A stretch of DNA of 64,000 bases. It comes from the human T2T-CHM13v2.0 reference genome, Homo sapiens. Positions 28,800 to 41,428 of this stretch are shown piece after piece (within the stretch, counting starts at the first letter, position 1; the number at the start of each line of letters is the position of its first letter). The notes below the pieces were generated by a model. It saw only the letters and a list, made by a program, of their open reading frames with translations. It made no database searches and was not told where the DNA came from. The stretch lies in assembly GCF_009914755.1 (NCBI RefSeq), contig NC_060928.1. The stretch is one strand, 5' to 3'. The position numbers were made by a program, and so were the translations under genes.

Positions 28800-29811
28800 T
28801 TTATTATGGTGAAATAGTCCCAATTCTATATAAAGTCACATAAATTCAATTGCAATTGAGATTGTAATCTTGTTTTAATGTGGTACTGAAAAAAATGATC
28901 CCAAATTTTGGTTGTCAAATAATTTTGAAAAAGAAGAAGACGGCCTGCAGACAGTATAGAGGTAAAGGCATCAGTAGAACAGAGTAGAAACCCAGAAAGA
29001 CTCAGACATACATGATAATTTAGTATTTCAATTCAGTGAGGAAAGGATTAAGTATTTAGTAAACGGTACTTGGACTAATGGATATCTATAGGGAAAAAAA
29101 TAAAGTTTCTATCTCACAGTGTAAATAAAAATATTTTACAAATGAGAAAATCAAAACTTTGTAATATTTTAGATGACAATAAAGAATATATAACTTGGAG
29201 TAGAGAAGGAAGTCTTAAGACATACAAACAAAACTATGAAGAAAGGGTACGTTTAGTTAGAAATACTTAAATACTTTAACATATGCCTATGTTAAAATTA
29301 AAAAAACACTTTAGTTCAATTTTTAAAAGCACCGTAAACAAAGTTAAAAGGCAAACTAGGAGGGAGGACATATGACACTTACATCACTGATTAAATTCAA
29401 GCCAACAATTAGCTTAAAGTGGGTCTCCAATCTTAATGCCCCTAGACTTACAGAAGAAATAAAAGCAATCATTTCTGGAGGAAGGCACCTTTAGTCTATG
29501 CCACAGAGAATCCAGTTAATTTTCTAAGAAAAATGGGCAGTTGACAGACACAGATAGCTCTGAACACATGGAAATAAAGCATTGTAAATGACAATTAGCT
29601 GAAACCACAAACAGCATGAACATCTAAAATGACTAATATAATGAAATTGTTAACACAGGCAATGAAGAAATCATGCTTATTATGTTTAGAAGTGAAAGAC
29701 AAGCTTGAACATACTTGTAAGGAAGAATTTATTAAAAAGCAAGTAGCAGATTTAAAAAATCAAATAGTATTTCTTAACACAAAAATTAAAATAATTGAAA
29801 TTAAAAACACA

Positions 29812-30027
<216 letters not shown>

Positions 30028-30029
30028 GG

Positions 30030-30032
<3 letters not shown>

Positions 30033-30064
<32 letters not shown>
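30033..30064. repeat. (CA)16 microsatellite
   Basis: Counted directly. Confidence 0.95.
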
Positions 30065-30065
<1 letters not shown>

Positions 30066-30365
30066 CAGAATTAACACAGATGAAAAAAGAATTTGTTAAT
30101 TAGAAGATGATCTATATGACAGTATCCAGAATGGAGCACAAAAATAAAAGAGAAGAAAAACATGAAATAAATGTTGAAAGACACGTAGAATAAAGTGACT
30201 AACAAATATTCAATCTTAGTTACAGAATACAATGAAAGAAAAAATAGGGGTGATGCAATATTTGCAGTGATAAGGGGTGAGAGTTTTTCAAAAATTGATG
30301 AAAGATATTGATTTACTTATTCAGTAATCACAGTGAATCTCAAACAAGCGAAATTTTTAAAAATC

Positions 30366-30541
30366 CGAGTATGGCGCCATGGCTCATGTCAGTAAACCGA
30401 ATGCTTTGGGAAGCTGGAGGATCCCTTGAAGTCAGGGGGTAGGAAGATCACTTGAGACCTGGAGGTCAAGGCTGAAGTTAGCCATCATTGCACCACTGCA
30501 CACCAGACTGGGCGACCCTGTCTCTGAAGAAAAAAAAAAAA
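30366..30541 (+). mobile_element. Internally deleted, degenerate AluJ
   Basis: Left-arm start jumps into right-arm sequence, then an A tail. Confidence 0.75.
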
Positions 30542-31008
30542 TTAAGAAATCCACACCCAGGCACATCCTACGAAAATGCAGAACCTCAAAGTCAGAGAGG
30601 GCCTTAAAGTTGGATTATCATTATAGATGTGGCATACTAACGGTTGACTTCTCAACAGCCACAGTGAAACTCAGACTCAGAAATGGGATCTATAATATTC
30701 TACATTTCTATAAACAGAGAAAATGTTATGCAAGAATGGAGATAAAGGTATTTTCAGGCTACTAAAAAATTATTTACCACCATTAGACTCACTCGAAAGG
30801 AAATTTTAAAAGATAGATTTTAGATGGAAAAACCAATCCCATGTGAAGAACAAAGAAAGTGATAATTTTGTGGATAAATAAGTGAACACTGAGTATATAA
30901 AATAATATCCTGTGGTGTTTGAAAGGGTAGGATTAAAATACATGACAATAATAACATATAAGCTCAAGAAAGAAAGGCGTAAGTGGAGTGAAAGTGGTTT
31001 AAAGTCAT

Positions 31009-31125
31009 AGCTGGGCACAGTGGTGGGCACCTGTAGTCCCAGCTATTTAGAAGGCTGAGGTGGGAGGACGACTTGAGCCCAGGAGTTCCAGAGCAGCCTG
31101 GGCAACATAGTGAGACCATGACAAA
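31009..31125 (+). mobile_element. FLAM-type Alu monomer
   Basis: Single monomer ending agcctgggcaacatagtgagacc. Confidence 0.8.
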
Positions 31126-31176
31126 GGAAAGGAATGTAAGATTGGCTTACATTTACATTATAAAATTAAATAATGT

Positions 31177-31488
31177 GGCCAGGCATGATAGCTCATGACT
31201 ATAGTCCCAAAGATTTGGGAGCCCAGGGTGAAAGAATTTCTTGAGTCTAGGAGTCTGAGACCACCCTGGGAAACATAGGAAGACCTCATATCTGCAAAAA
31301 AAATAAAAAATAAAAATTTAAAAATTAGGTGGGCATAATGACAGGTGCCTATAATCCCAACTACTTGAGAGGCTGAGGTGAGAAAATAACTTGAGACCAG
31401 GAAGTAGAGGCTACAGCGAGTTATGATCATGCCACTGTACTCTGGCCTAGGTGACAGAGTGAGACCCCATCTCAAAAGTTTAAAAAAG
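31177..31488 (+). mobile_element. AluJ SINE with TSD
   Basis: Diverged dimer. TSD taaataatgt at 31167 and 31489. Confidence 0.92.
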
Positions 31489-32844
31489 TAAATAATGTAA
31501 TGTATTAAAGAATAAAAATTATGACTATCTCAATAGATGGAGGAAATAGTTATAATTCAGTACAATTCAACATCTATTCATGATTTTTTAAAAATTCTTT
31601 TAGCAAACTAGAAAAAGAAACTCCCCTAACCTGATAAAAATAATTTACAAAAAGTCTACAACAAATATTATACTTAGTGGTAAAATGTCAGAAGTATTCC
31701 CATTGAGATTAAGATGATATATTGGCAATCCTAGCTAGTAACATAACTTTAAAAAAGAAGTAATTATAATGAAGAAATAAAACTTTCATTATCCAAAGCT
31801 GATATAATTATGTGCACTGAAAATCCAAAAGAATTATAGATGAATTATTAACTTTAAAAAGTGGGTTTAGCAAATCTCTTGGGTACAAAAATCAATACTC
31901 AAAAATCAATGCAGTTAGTTGCTATATACCAGCTACTAAGTAGAAAATTAAATAAAAAGGCAAAGGTAACTTTCACAATAGTGTAATAAGTATCATGCAC
32001 TTAAGAATATATCTAAGAAAAGATATACAAGGCTACTTTTATATATACTTGAAAATTTTCATAACAAAAAGTTTAAATAATATAGGCTGTTTCAAGAGGG
32101 GGTTCAATTGGCTAATCAAATAAAAGAAAAATAAAACTGAACCCCTTACCTAACACCCTACACATAACAAGTAAAAGACTTCAACATAAATAGCAAAACT
32201 ATACAATTTTAGGAGCTAATACAGGAAAAATATTTGTATTACCTCAGAAGAAAGAAATAGTTCATAAATCAAACATAATAAGCATTGTTATAAATAAAAA
32301 TGTGATTGATAAAGCTACTTTAAATCATGAACTTCTGTCTATCAGAAGATACCACAAGGAGAGTGAAAAGACAAGCCAGAGTGGGGAAGAACATTTGTAG
32401 TGCAGATAGAATTTTTACATCTAAATAAGAAACCAAAAAAAGACTTACTTGTACCCAGAATGTATGACATATATCCATAAGCAAATGAGCAGTAGATTTG
32501 GAATGGGTACTTTGAAACAGGAGAAATTCAAATCATCAATAAACATATAAAAATTTATTTATCTTCTTAGAAATCAAGACAATGTAATTTAAAACAGCAG
32601 TTATTACTTTGTAACTAGCAGATGGGAAAAAATTTAAAAGTCTAACAATACCAAATCGTGAAGAGGATGTAGAGTAACAGGAGCTATCATACACTACTGA
32701 TGGAAATGCGAACTGATTTAACTAACTTATATAATAGTTCAGCATTTTATAATAATGTTAAAAATACATTATATTCATCTCCAAATTCCAAATTCCAAAG
32801 GACCTGGTCACTCTTTTCCAAAGATCCTATCAGTTATAAAACAA

Positions 32845-33415
32845 AAATGTGTTGGTTTTCTTTCAGTGCGTAACAAGTGACCACAAACTGTGGCTTATAG
32901 CAACACCAATTTTTATGCTCACTGTTCTCTTGGCCAGAAGTCTTTGCACAATATAACTGGTTCTCTACTCAGGGTTTCACAAGGCTGAAATCAAGGTGAT
33001 GGCTAGGCTACCTTCCCATCTGGAGCCCAGTGTCCTTTTTCAAGTTCCTGTGGCTGTGGCAAGGTTCAGTTCCTTGCAGATGTAGAACTGAAGGCTTCAT
33101 TCTGTTGCTGGCCGGCAGCTAGGGGCAACTTTCCCAACTGCTTCCTTTACCCTGTGGCTCCCTCCATCTTTAAAACCAACAAGAGAATCTGTTTTTGTGT
33201 TGAATCCCTCTCATGTTTCTGAAATCTTTCACTAGGAAAAGCACAGTCCCTTTTAAGGATTCAGCTGATCAGTTTAGGTCCATTCAGAATAATCTGTTCT
33301 TTAAGTCAATTGTACCTTAGAACAGAGTCTAATCCCGGGAGTGACTATCTCATCATAGTCATATGCAAGGCGTATAAACTAGGGTGTGGGGATATCGAGA
33401 GCCATCTTAAAATTT
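32845..33415 (-). mobile_element. MaLR LTR (MLT1E/F-like)
   Basis: taacaagtgaccacaaactgtggctta...caaggctgaaatcaaggtg...gccatctta. Confidence 0.7.
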
Positions 33416-33519
33416 TAATTTCACGCTAATTTTCCCAATTGTTTAGAATTAAAATGGAGTTTTGAGTTTTCTACTTTTATTTATTTATACTTGGCCTTAT
33501 TTTATGGACTAGACACTTT

Positions 33520-33700
33520 GCTAGGTGATGCATATTAGCTTATTTAATGTCTTAACAACTCTATGAAATAGGTACTATCCCCATTTTATAGATGAGAATG
33601 GTGAATTTTAGGTTGATGATGAGACTTCTCTAAGGTTACCTTGATAAAAATGGCAGAGCAAAGATTCAAACCAAGTCCTGTCTATCTTGAGAGTCCTCCT
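33520..33700 (-). mobile_element. MIR SINE
   Basis: aacaactctatgaaataggtactatccccattttatagatgag...ggcagagcaaagattcaaacc. Confidence 0.75.
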
Positions 33701-34029
33701 TAACCACCCTGCTAAACTCTCTCTGGCCAGTTTTCCTGTATGTAGTCTATCAAGGACAAATTCTCTTAGCTTCCAGCTGGCTTTGCAAACTGGAATCTGT
33801 TCTTACAACAAATACTTATTTTTCTCTCTTTCTTTCATTGTCAAAAATCCTCTTTTTGGCATTTGTCCTTGAGTTTGTAGATTTCCCTTCACATCTCTCC
33901 TACTGACCATTTTATTTAAACAATTACATCTCTGAATCACTGCCTTCTAAATTGCAGTGACTAAGTGTGATCATTTTAAATAGCAAATTGGCATTATTTA
34001 TATTTTTACGTCAAATCCCAAAATATAGA

Positions 34030-34162
34030 TGCTATGGTTTGAATGTGTCCCCAAAAAGCATGTGTCGGAAGCTTAATCCCCAATGCAACAATGTTGGGAG
34101 GTGGAGCTTAATAGGAAGTGTTTAGGTCATGAGGGCTGCACTCTCATGAAAGGATTAATGCC
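34030..34162 (+). mobile_element. 5' piece of an MSTB-like LTR
   Basis: tgctatggtttgaatgtgtcccc...ggattaatgcc, cut off by the next LTR. Confidence 0.75.
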
Positions 34163-35475
34163 TGATATACTTTGGATATTTGTCCCCATCCAAATCTCAT
34201 GTTGAATTGTAATCCCCAATGTTGGAAGTGGGGCCTGGTGGGAGGACTTTGGATCACGGGGGTGGATCCCTCATGAATGACTTGGACCATCCCCTTGGTG
34301 ATATGTGAGCTCTTGATCAGTTCACACAAGATCTGGTCATTTAAAAAGGTGTGGCAACTCCCGTACAACTCTCTCTTGCTCCTGCTCTTGCCATGTGATG
34401 TGCAAGCTCCTGTTCCCCTTCTGCCATGAGTAAAAGCTTCCTGAGGCCTCCCCAGAAGGAGATTCCAGGACTGTGCTTCCTGTACACCCTGCAGAACTGT
34501 GAGCCAATTAAACCACGTTTCTTGTAAATTACCTAGTCTCACATATTTCTTTACAGCAATACAAGAACATCCTAATACAGGAAATTAGTACCAAGAGTGG
34601 GGCATTGCTGTAAAGATACCTGAAAATATGAAAGTAGCTTTGGAACTGGGTAATGGGTAGAGGCTAGAAGAGCTTGGAGGCCACAGAAGAAGACAGGAAG
34701 ATGAGGTAAAGTTTTAAACTTCTTAGAGACTGGTTAAGTGGTTGTGACCAAAATGCTGATAGTGATATGAACAGTGAAGGCCAGGCTGATGAGGTCTCAA
34801 ATGGAAATGTGAAACTTATTAGGAACTGGAGCAAAGGTCACTCATGTTATGCCTTAGCAAAGAACTTGGCTGCATTGTGCCCTGCCCCTAAGGTTCTGTG
34901 GAAGTTTGAATGTCAGAGTGATAATTCAGGGTATCTGACAGAAAAAAAAAAGGGGGGGTTAGAAAAGCATTCAAGACCTAAGGTTCTGTGGAAGTTTGAA
35001 TGTCAGAGTGATAATTTAGGGTATCTGACATTAAAAAAAAAAAAAAAAAAAAAGTAGAAAAGCATTCAAGATCTGTCCTGGCTTTTTCTAAAAACCTATG
35101 CTCAGATGCAGGAGCAAAGAAATGACTTAAAGTTGGAACTTATACAATGGGAAGCAGAGCATAAAAGTTTGCAGAATTTGCAGCCTACCCATGTGGCAAA
35201 GAAAGTAAAAGCATCCTTGGGAGAGAAATTTAAGCAGGATGTGGAGCAACCATTTGCTAGAAATATTTGCATAACTAAAAAGGAGCCAAGTGCCAATAGC
35301 CAAGACAATGGGCAAAAGGCCTCAAAAGCATTTCAGAGATCTTCTCAGCAGCCCCTCATCACAGGCCCTGAGGCCTATGAGAACTGAATGATTTCCTGGG
35401 CCAGGCCTAGGGCCCCCGTGCCCTGTTCTGGCTTGAGACAATGTTCCCTACATCCTGGCTGCTCCAGCTGCAGCT

Positions 35476-35476
<1 letters not shown>
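34163..35476 (+). mobile_element. MSTA-like LTR (34163-34579) plus MST internal sequence, 3'-truncated
   Basis: tgatatactttggatatttgtcccc...ctaataca, followed by typical MaLR internal sequence (tttggaactgggtaatggg, gctgatagtgatatgaacagtgaaggccaggctga). Confidence 0.88.
34887..35071. repeat. Tandem duplication, 90 bp + 95 bp units
   Basis: cctaaggttctgtggaagtttgaatgtcagagtgataat...agaaaagcattcaaga occurs twice (34887-34976, 34977-35071). Confidence 0.95.
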
Positions 35477-35735
<259 letters not shown>

Positions 35736-35770
35736 CTACTTAATAATGAAATATATATTAACATGCCTTT

Positions 35771-36224
35771 TGTGATAGGTTGAATTGCATCCTCTACAAA
35801 GATATGTTGATGCCCTAATCTTTAGTACCTGTGACTATTTGGAAATGAGATTCTTGCTGATGATGGAGTTAAGATGAAGTTATGTGGGTGGGCCCTTAAT
35901 TCTAGATAACCAGTGTCCTTATAAGAAGAGGAGAGAGAAGAATACCATGTGAAAGAAAACACAGATACACAGGAGGAAGACAGTCTTTAGAATCATAGGC
36001 AGAGATTGGAGTTATGCTACCAAATGCCAAGGAATGCCAGGAGCTATCAGAAGCTGGAAGAGGCAAGGCAAGATTCTCTCCTACAGCATTCAGAAGGATT
36101 ATGGCTCTATTAACAACCTGATTTTGCATTTCTCACCTCCAGACCTGTAAGACAACAAATTTCCATTGTTTTAAGTCACTTAATTTGTGGTACTTTGTTA
36201 CAGCAACCCAAGGAAACTAATACA
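35771..36224 (+). mobile_element. MaLR solo LTR (MLT1B/C-like)
   Basis: tgtgataggttgaattg...agaagctggaagaggcaagg...ggaaactaataca. Confidence 0.85.
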
Positions 36225-36749
36225 CCATCCCTTCATTTTTTAACATAAATATTGTATACACCATTCTACACTTTATTTTTTCACTTATATGTTCTCATAT
36301 TTAATTACACTAAAATGTGAATTTTGCTTTACTTCTTTTTGTTCTTTTTTTAGACACTGCAGTGAATGCATGTTTTACTTCTTATATTTTCTCCATCTGA
36401 AGACATTGATATTTTTATCAACTTATTTTCTGAACACTTTTGACCTGAAATTCACTGGATTTTTGTTTCCATATCCAGTTATTTTCTCTATTGGTCTCTA
36501 TAGGATTATGCTAAATGGTTTTCTCTTGGCATTTTTCTCCTTCCTGTTCTGATCATCATTAGTGAAAATCTGTGAAACAAAATCAAGCTATTTCCCTGGC
36601 CCACTCAGGATAAATCCTCATTATTCACTCCTATTTCATATCGTTTCAACTAAGCCAATTCTACATTTTCTTCAAAGGGTTAATGTTTGCAACCCAACCC
36701 CTATATACCAATACCCTTAGTTTAAAATCTTTATTAAAGTGGTAGTATA

Positions 36750-37040
36750 TGCTGAGCTCGGTGGCTCACGCCTGTAATCCCAGCACTTTTGAGAGACTGA
36801 GGTGGGAGGATCACTTGAGGCCAGGAGTTTGAGACCAGCAACATAGCAAGACCCCATCTCTACAAAAAATTTAAAAGTTAGGCATGGTAGTACACATCTG
36901 TAGTCCCAGCTACTCAGGAGGCCAAGGCAGAAGGATCACTTGATCCCAGGAATTTGAGGTTACAGTGAGTCATTATCATGTAACTGCACTTTAGCTTGGG
37001 CAACAGAGTGATACCCTGTCTGTAAAAAAAAAAAAAAATA
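36750..37040 (+). mobile_element. AluJ SINE
   Basis: Dimer with gaggccaggagtttgagacc and a poly-A tail. Confidence 0.92.
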
Positions 37041-37522
37041 GAGTTAGTAATTTGTCACCAGGCTACAAGAATGTCCTACAAAACCAAAGAACAAGAATAC
37101 AGCTAAGCCTCACAAGAGACTTTAAGCAGGACCCAGATATCCATAAGGAAACCCAAGAGTATTTTACCTCTCATGTTAATTTTTCTTCATTTATGTAATT
37201 TATTCCACTCTCTCTATTCAGCCTGGTATTCTCTGTTTCCTTGTCCCATCCTGGAAGACAGCCATGCCCCAGCTCTCAGACTTACAATACTGTAACTCCA
37301 ATTGCTGTTTTAATGAATTATCTGTCTCTGAGTGAATCCCAATTCCAAATTATTGATGGAAAGAATCTGACTGGCTGTTTGGCTCAGGGGTTCATTCCAG
37401 GTCAAATCAACTTGAGCTGGGGGGCAGGGTTATTAGATAGGGTCCTGTATAGGGAAGAACAGTAGTCTGAGAAGGAGTGATGGCAACATGGTTTAAATTG
37501 TTCATTCCATTGGGGACGAATC

Positions 37523-37828
37523 TTTTTTTTTTTTTTTTTTTTTTGAGAGAGAGAGAGAGAGAGAGAGTCTCGCTCTGACACTCAGGCTGGAGTACAGTGG
37601 CATAATGTCAGCTCACTGCAACTTCTGCCTCTTGGATTCAAGCGATTCTCTGCCTCAGCCCCCCAAACAGCTGGGACTACAGGCACCTGCCACTGCACCT
37701 GGCTAATTTTTATATTTTTAGTAGAGATGGGCTTTCACCACATTGGCCAGGCTAGTTTCGAACTCTTGATCCCCCGCCTCGGCCTCCCAAATTGCTGGGA
37801 TTACAGGTGTGATCCACCACACCCGGCC
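37523..37828 (-). mobile_element. AluS SINE with (GA)11 expansion at the body/tail junction (37545-37566)
   Basis: Antisense dimer. TSD acgaatcttt / acaaatcttt. Confidence 0.93.
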
Positions 37829-38455
37829 ACAAATCTTTTACACTATCCTTCCTTCAAAAGTTGTTTGAGCTTCCCTTCTAACCTGGATCTCTCCGTTTGG
37901 TCTTATTCTGTGTAGCAGCCAACTACCCTGTCTTCCTTTTCTTTCTTTCTCATTTCTGCTAGAACTTTAGTTTCCTCTGTCTGTATCCTAAACATTCTCC
38001 CTCTCTGTGTTTTTGGTGTCAGCTTACATCTATGTGTTAGAGTTGAGTGTGTGTGTATGGGGTGGGGGTGGGGGAATGGGAAAGCATCACACTTATTATT
38101 ATATTATTCCTAAATATAGTACTATACCTAAAAGGTATGCTGGTGAACAAAATTTCTCCATCTATTCACTTATTAATATTTGATGTTTATTCTCTCTCTT
38201 CTTAAAAGTGATTTGAAGCAGCTTCCCTCATCTTTACATATCCTTTTCATTCTTTATTCCCTTTCTGCACCTTTTCTTCCAGTATTGGCTAAGTCGATGT
38301 GTAGCCTTAATGGTGGCTCTAAACTCTACAGGAATTACTCATTCCATTGACATCACCAGTTCGAAACATCATTTCTTTTTCTGTCTTTCCACTTCCAATT
38401 CACATTCAGAAAGGCCTATGGGAAACCATCTGGTGTCTTGAATTGTGTTCTCTAG

Positions 38456-38969
38456 TGTAAGAGACCAAAATATGGCACCGCAAACATGCATCTTTAGCGT
38501 AATTGTTTTGAGTTGATTATTTTGACAACAACACAGACAGGAAAAGCTCTGAAAACAGAGTGTAAGTTATCTTTTGTAAAGGAAATTACCATTTGTGAGG
38601 CTGTCTCCCTCTCTGTACTCCTCTCTTAAATCTGTAACGCAGTTTTAAATTGGTGCCTTCTTTATGGATAAGAGTCTCAGGCACCGATTTAAATCTGCAT
38701 TACAAACCACATTCTAGTTTTCCTGGTCACCTTCCTGTAACTTGCCTCCCCACACCTTCTTCCTTTGTTTTAGCCAAAGGTAGTAGTATATAAGCTCAAA
38801 TTTTAGCTACCTTGTTCAGTTACTCATCCCTGATTTTCTCCCATGTATATTTGAAATATACATGTTAATATACTTCTGTTTGTTTTTCTCTCATCACTCT
38901 GTCATTTGTTATAGAGGGCCCAGCCAAGAACATAGAAAGGTAGAAAAATAATTTTTTTTCTCCTCTACA
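38456..38969 (+). mobile_element. ERV1 solo LTR (MER34-like)
   Basis: TG...CA termini (tgtaagagaccaaaatatg...cctctaca), 4-bp flanks ctag/ctgg, internal aagctctgaaaacagag. Confidence 0.8.
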
Positions 38970-40202
38970 CTGGAAATAGACTCTGTGCCAGAGAATCATT
39001 TGCAGAAGTTTTATTGGCAAGTGCTCCTGTGAGGCGTTCTTGTAAGAAAGTTCCAAATGGGTAGAGTGAGAAGCTGTTCCTGAATACAGTTATAGCTGAG
39101 GTCTCAGCCCTTCTACAAGGTGCTCTGGAGCTGGAGTGGCTCTTCAAAGTTGTTCCAAATAGAACCAAAGGAGCCAGATCTTTCTATTCTTGCATCAGTG
39201 AATCATTTATCATGGGAGAAGCTCTGGAAGGAAGCATAACCTTGGCCAAAACAGTGCCCTGCAGCCATGAACAATTCTCAGTGAGGGGTGCACCCATGAG
39301 CTATTGAAAGCTGATGCCCCAACCTCTGAGGATAAGGACATTTGCAATAGACGAAGAATATGGGCAAAGCACCAGAGTGGCCACTATACATGATATCAAA
39401 CAGAAAGTTCAGTAAACTAAATGTTGAGAGATCTGGGCTTTGGTCCTGGCTTTGCCAAAACTGTGTATCCTTAGATAGATCACTTTATCTTTATGGACAC
39501 TGTTTGCCTCAGTCACAAAACAAGGTAACTGCAGCACAGTCAACAGGTATTTATTCCAGAGAAGTAATACCACATATGCATAAAAAGGGGCATCTGAGAG
39601 ACATGGTTCTAATAATGAAATATTCAGCAATTTGAGGGTTGGGTGCTTAATAATATGGACGCCCCAATTTAAAAGAATTAGATATATCTATATGTATTAA
39701 TTATAGAAAGCTCTTTAAGTAATACTGCAACGCACAAAAAAAGCAACTTGCTTAAAAGGTATGGTATGATTCCATTTATCTGTAAAGTAAATCACACGAA
39801 ACTATGTATGAAAACGTATTTCTGTCTGGAAGGACAAAAACCAAAGAAACCTGTCTAAGATTGGGAAAGAAAGCAGGGCAGGGGAGAAGAAAGTAAATTA
39901 CTTTACCTTATACAGCTTATGTATTTTTAATAGGCACATATTACTTATGTAATTTGAGAGAAAAATAATAAATATAAAGTAGATTAATGTAAAGTTACTA
40001 AATGTGAAATCCAAAAGTTCAGCTCTGAAATGCCATGATTGTAAGGACCATTCCTCTATTTTAACTCCACCTCTCCCTCTTCCACAATGGTCCGCCAAAC
40101 TATTGGTAACCCTTATAAGATGAGGGGTTCTCCTTGGCAGCCAATTCACCCTGAAGTGATAGAGGAAGGTGAGAAACCAGAAATAGAAATATACTCAAAA
40201 GT

Positions 40203-40504
40203 GGCTAGGTGAAGTGGCTCACACCTGTAATCCCAGCACTTTGGGAGGCCAAGTCAGGCCAATTGCTTGTGCTCAGGAGTTCAATACTAGTCTGAGCAAC
40301 ATGGTGAAACCCTGTCTCTAAAGAAGATAAAAAATTAGCTGGGAGTTGTGGTGCATGCCTGTAGTCCCAGCTACTCAGGAGGCTGAGGAATGAGGATTGT
40401 TTGAGCCCTAGAAAGTCGAGGCTGCAGTGAGCTGTAATCATGCCACTGCACTCCACCCTGGGTGACAGAGTAAGACATTGTCTCAAAAAAAAAAAAAAAA
40501 AAAA
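40203..40504 (+). mobile_element. AluJ SINE
   Basis: Dimer with gtcgaggctgcagtgagc and a poly-A tail. Confidence 0.93.
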
Positions 40505-41374
40505 TCTCAGAAATGACTCTCCCTCAAATTTAAAGATGTTAGCTAAGGAAACCTTAAGAACTTATTCAGTATGTCCTTTATACTTAACTCTAGTTTCGAT
40601 TCAGTAGATGTCGCAACAGCAAGAAGTACTAAACTTGTAATAGTTTCAAATAGATGTTAGTTGATCCACACTGGTCTCTGAGAAAGGATTTTGACTTTTA
40701 ATATGGAAAGGAGAATTAGTCTTCTAAAACGTGATTACTATCTTGGTAATCATATTTTTTAAATATGTATAAATTATTATAAGGGATTTTTGGTTTCCAC
40801 AATTTTAAAAACAAGCTGTTGAGTCTGAAGTTAAAATAGTTGCTTTACATCATCCTTTAAGGTACCCTAAAAGTGAATATTTTGAAAGAAGAGTCTATGC
40901 ATACATCGCATAATACTTGTAATTATAGTTACTAAAGCCCTCTAATACTCATGTACAATGTTGAAATTCACTTTGATAATGCATTGTAATACCCTCCAAA
41001 AATTTAGCCAAAGAAAGGATGATTGTCTGCTCTCTTTCTGCCAGAATGGGACTGTTTCAAGGGAAGGCTCCTTACAGTGAAGAAAAGGGTCAAATCCAAT
41101 TAAAATTGCAAAGGAAACTTCGCGAGGACGAATGCCATTAGCCCAAACTGGAATGTGGCCAAAACACGGGGTAATACTTCAACTCTTAGAAAAAGTGCCA
41201 GGGGGATATTTAACAACTGCAGGTGGCCAAATGCTTTCTCATAAGTCTCATCAGAAACGTCATTTATAGCAACAGTATTCACCAAGGTAAAGTAATATCA
41301 CTTGAGAAACTGCATATTCAATTACTATGTTTAAACTCTGACATTTGTCAGGTATCAGTTGAAACTGCTTCTCT

Positions 41375-41428
41375 CTGGGCAACATAGCGAGACCCAGTCT
41401 TTACATTAAAAAAAAAAATTTAAAAAAA
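41375..41428 (+). mobile_element. Very short Alu/FLAM 3' fragment
   Basis: ctgggcaacatagcgagaccc plus A tail. Flanks aaactgcttctct / aaactacctctct resemble a TSD. Confidence 0.7.
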
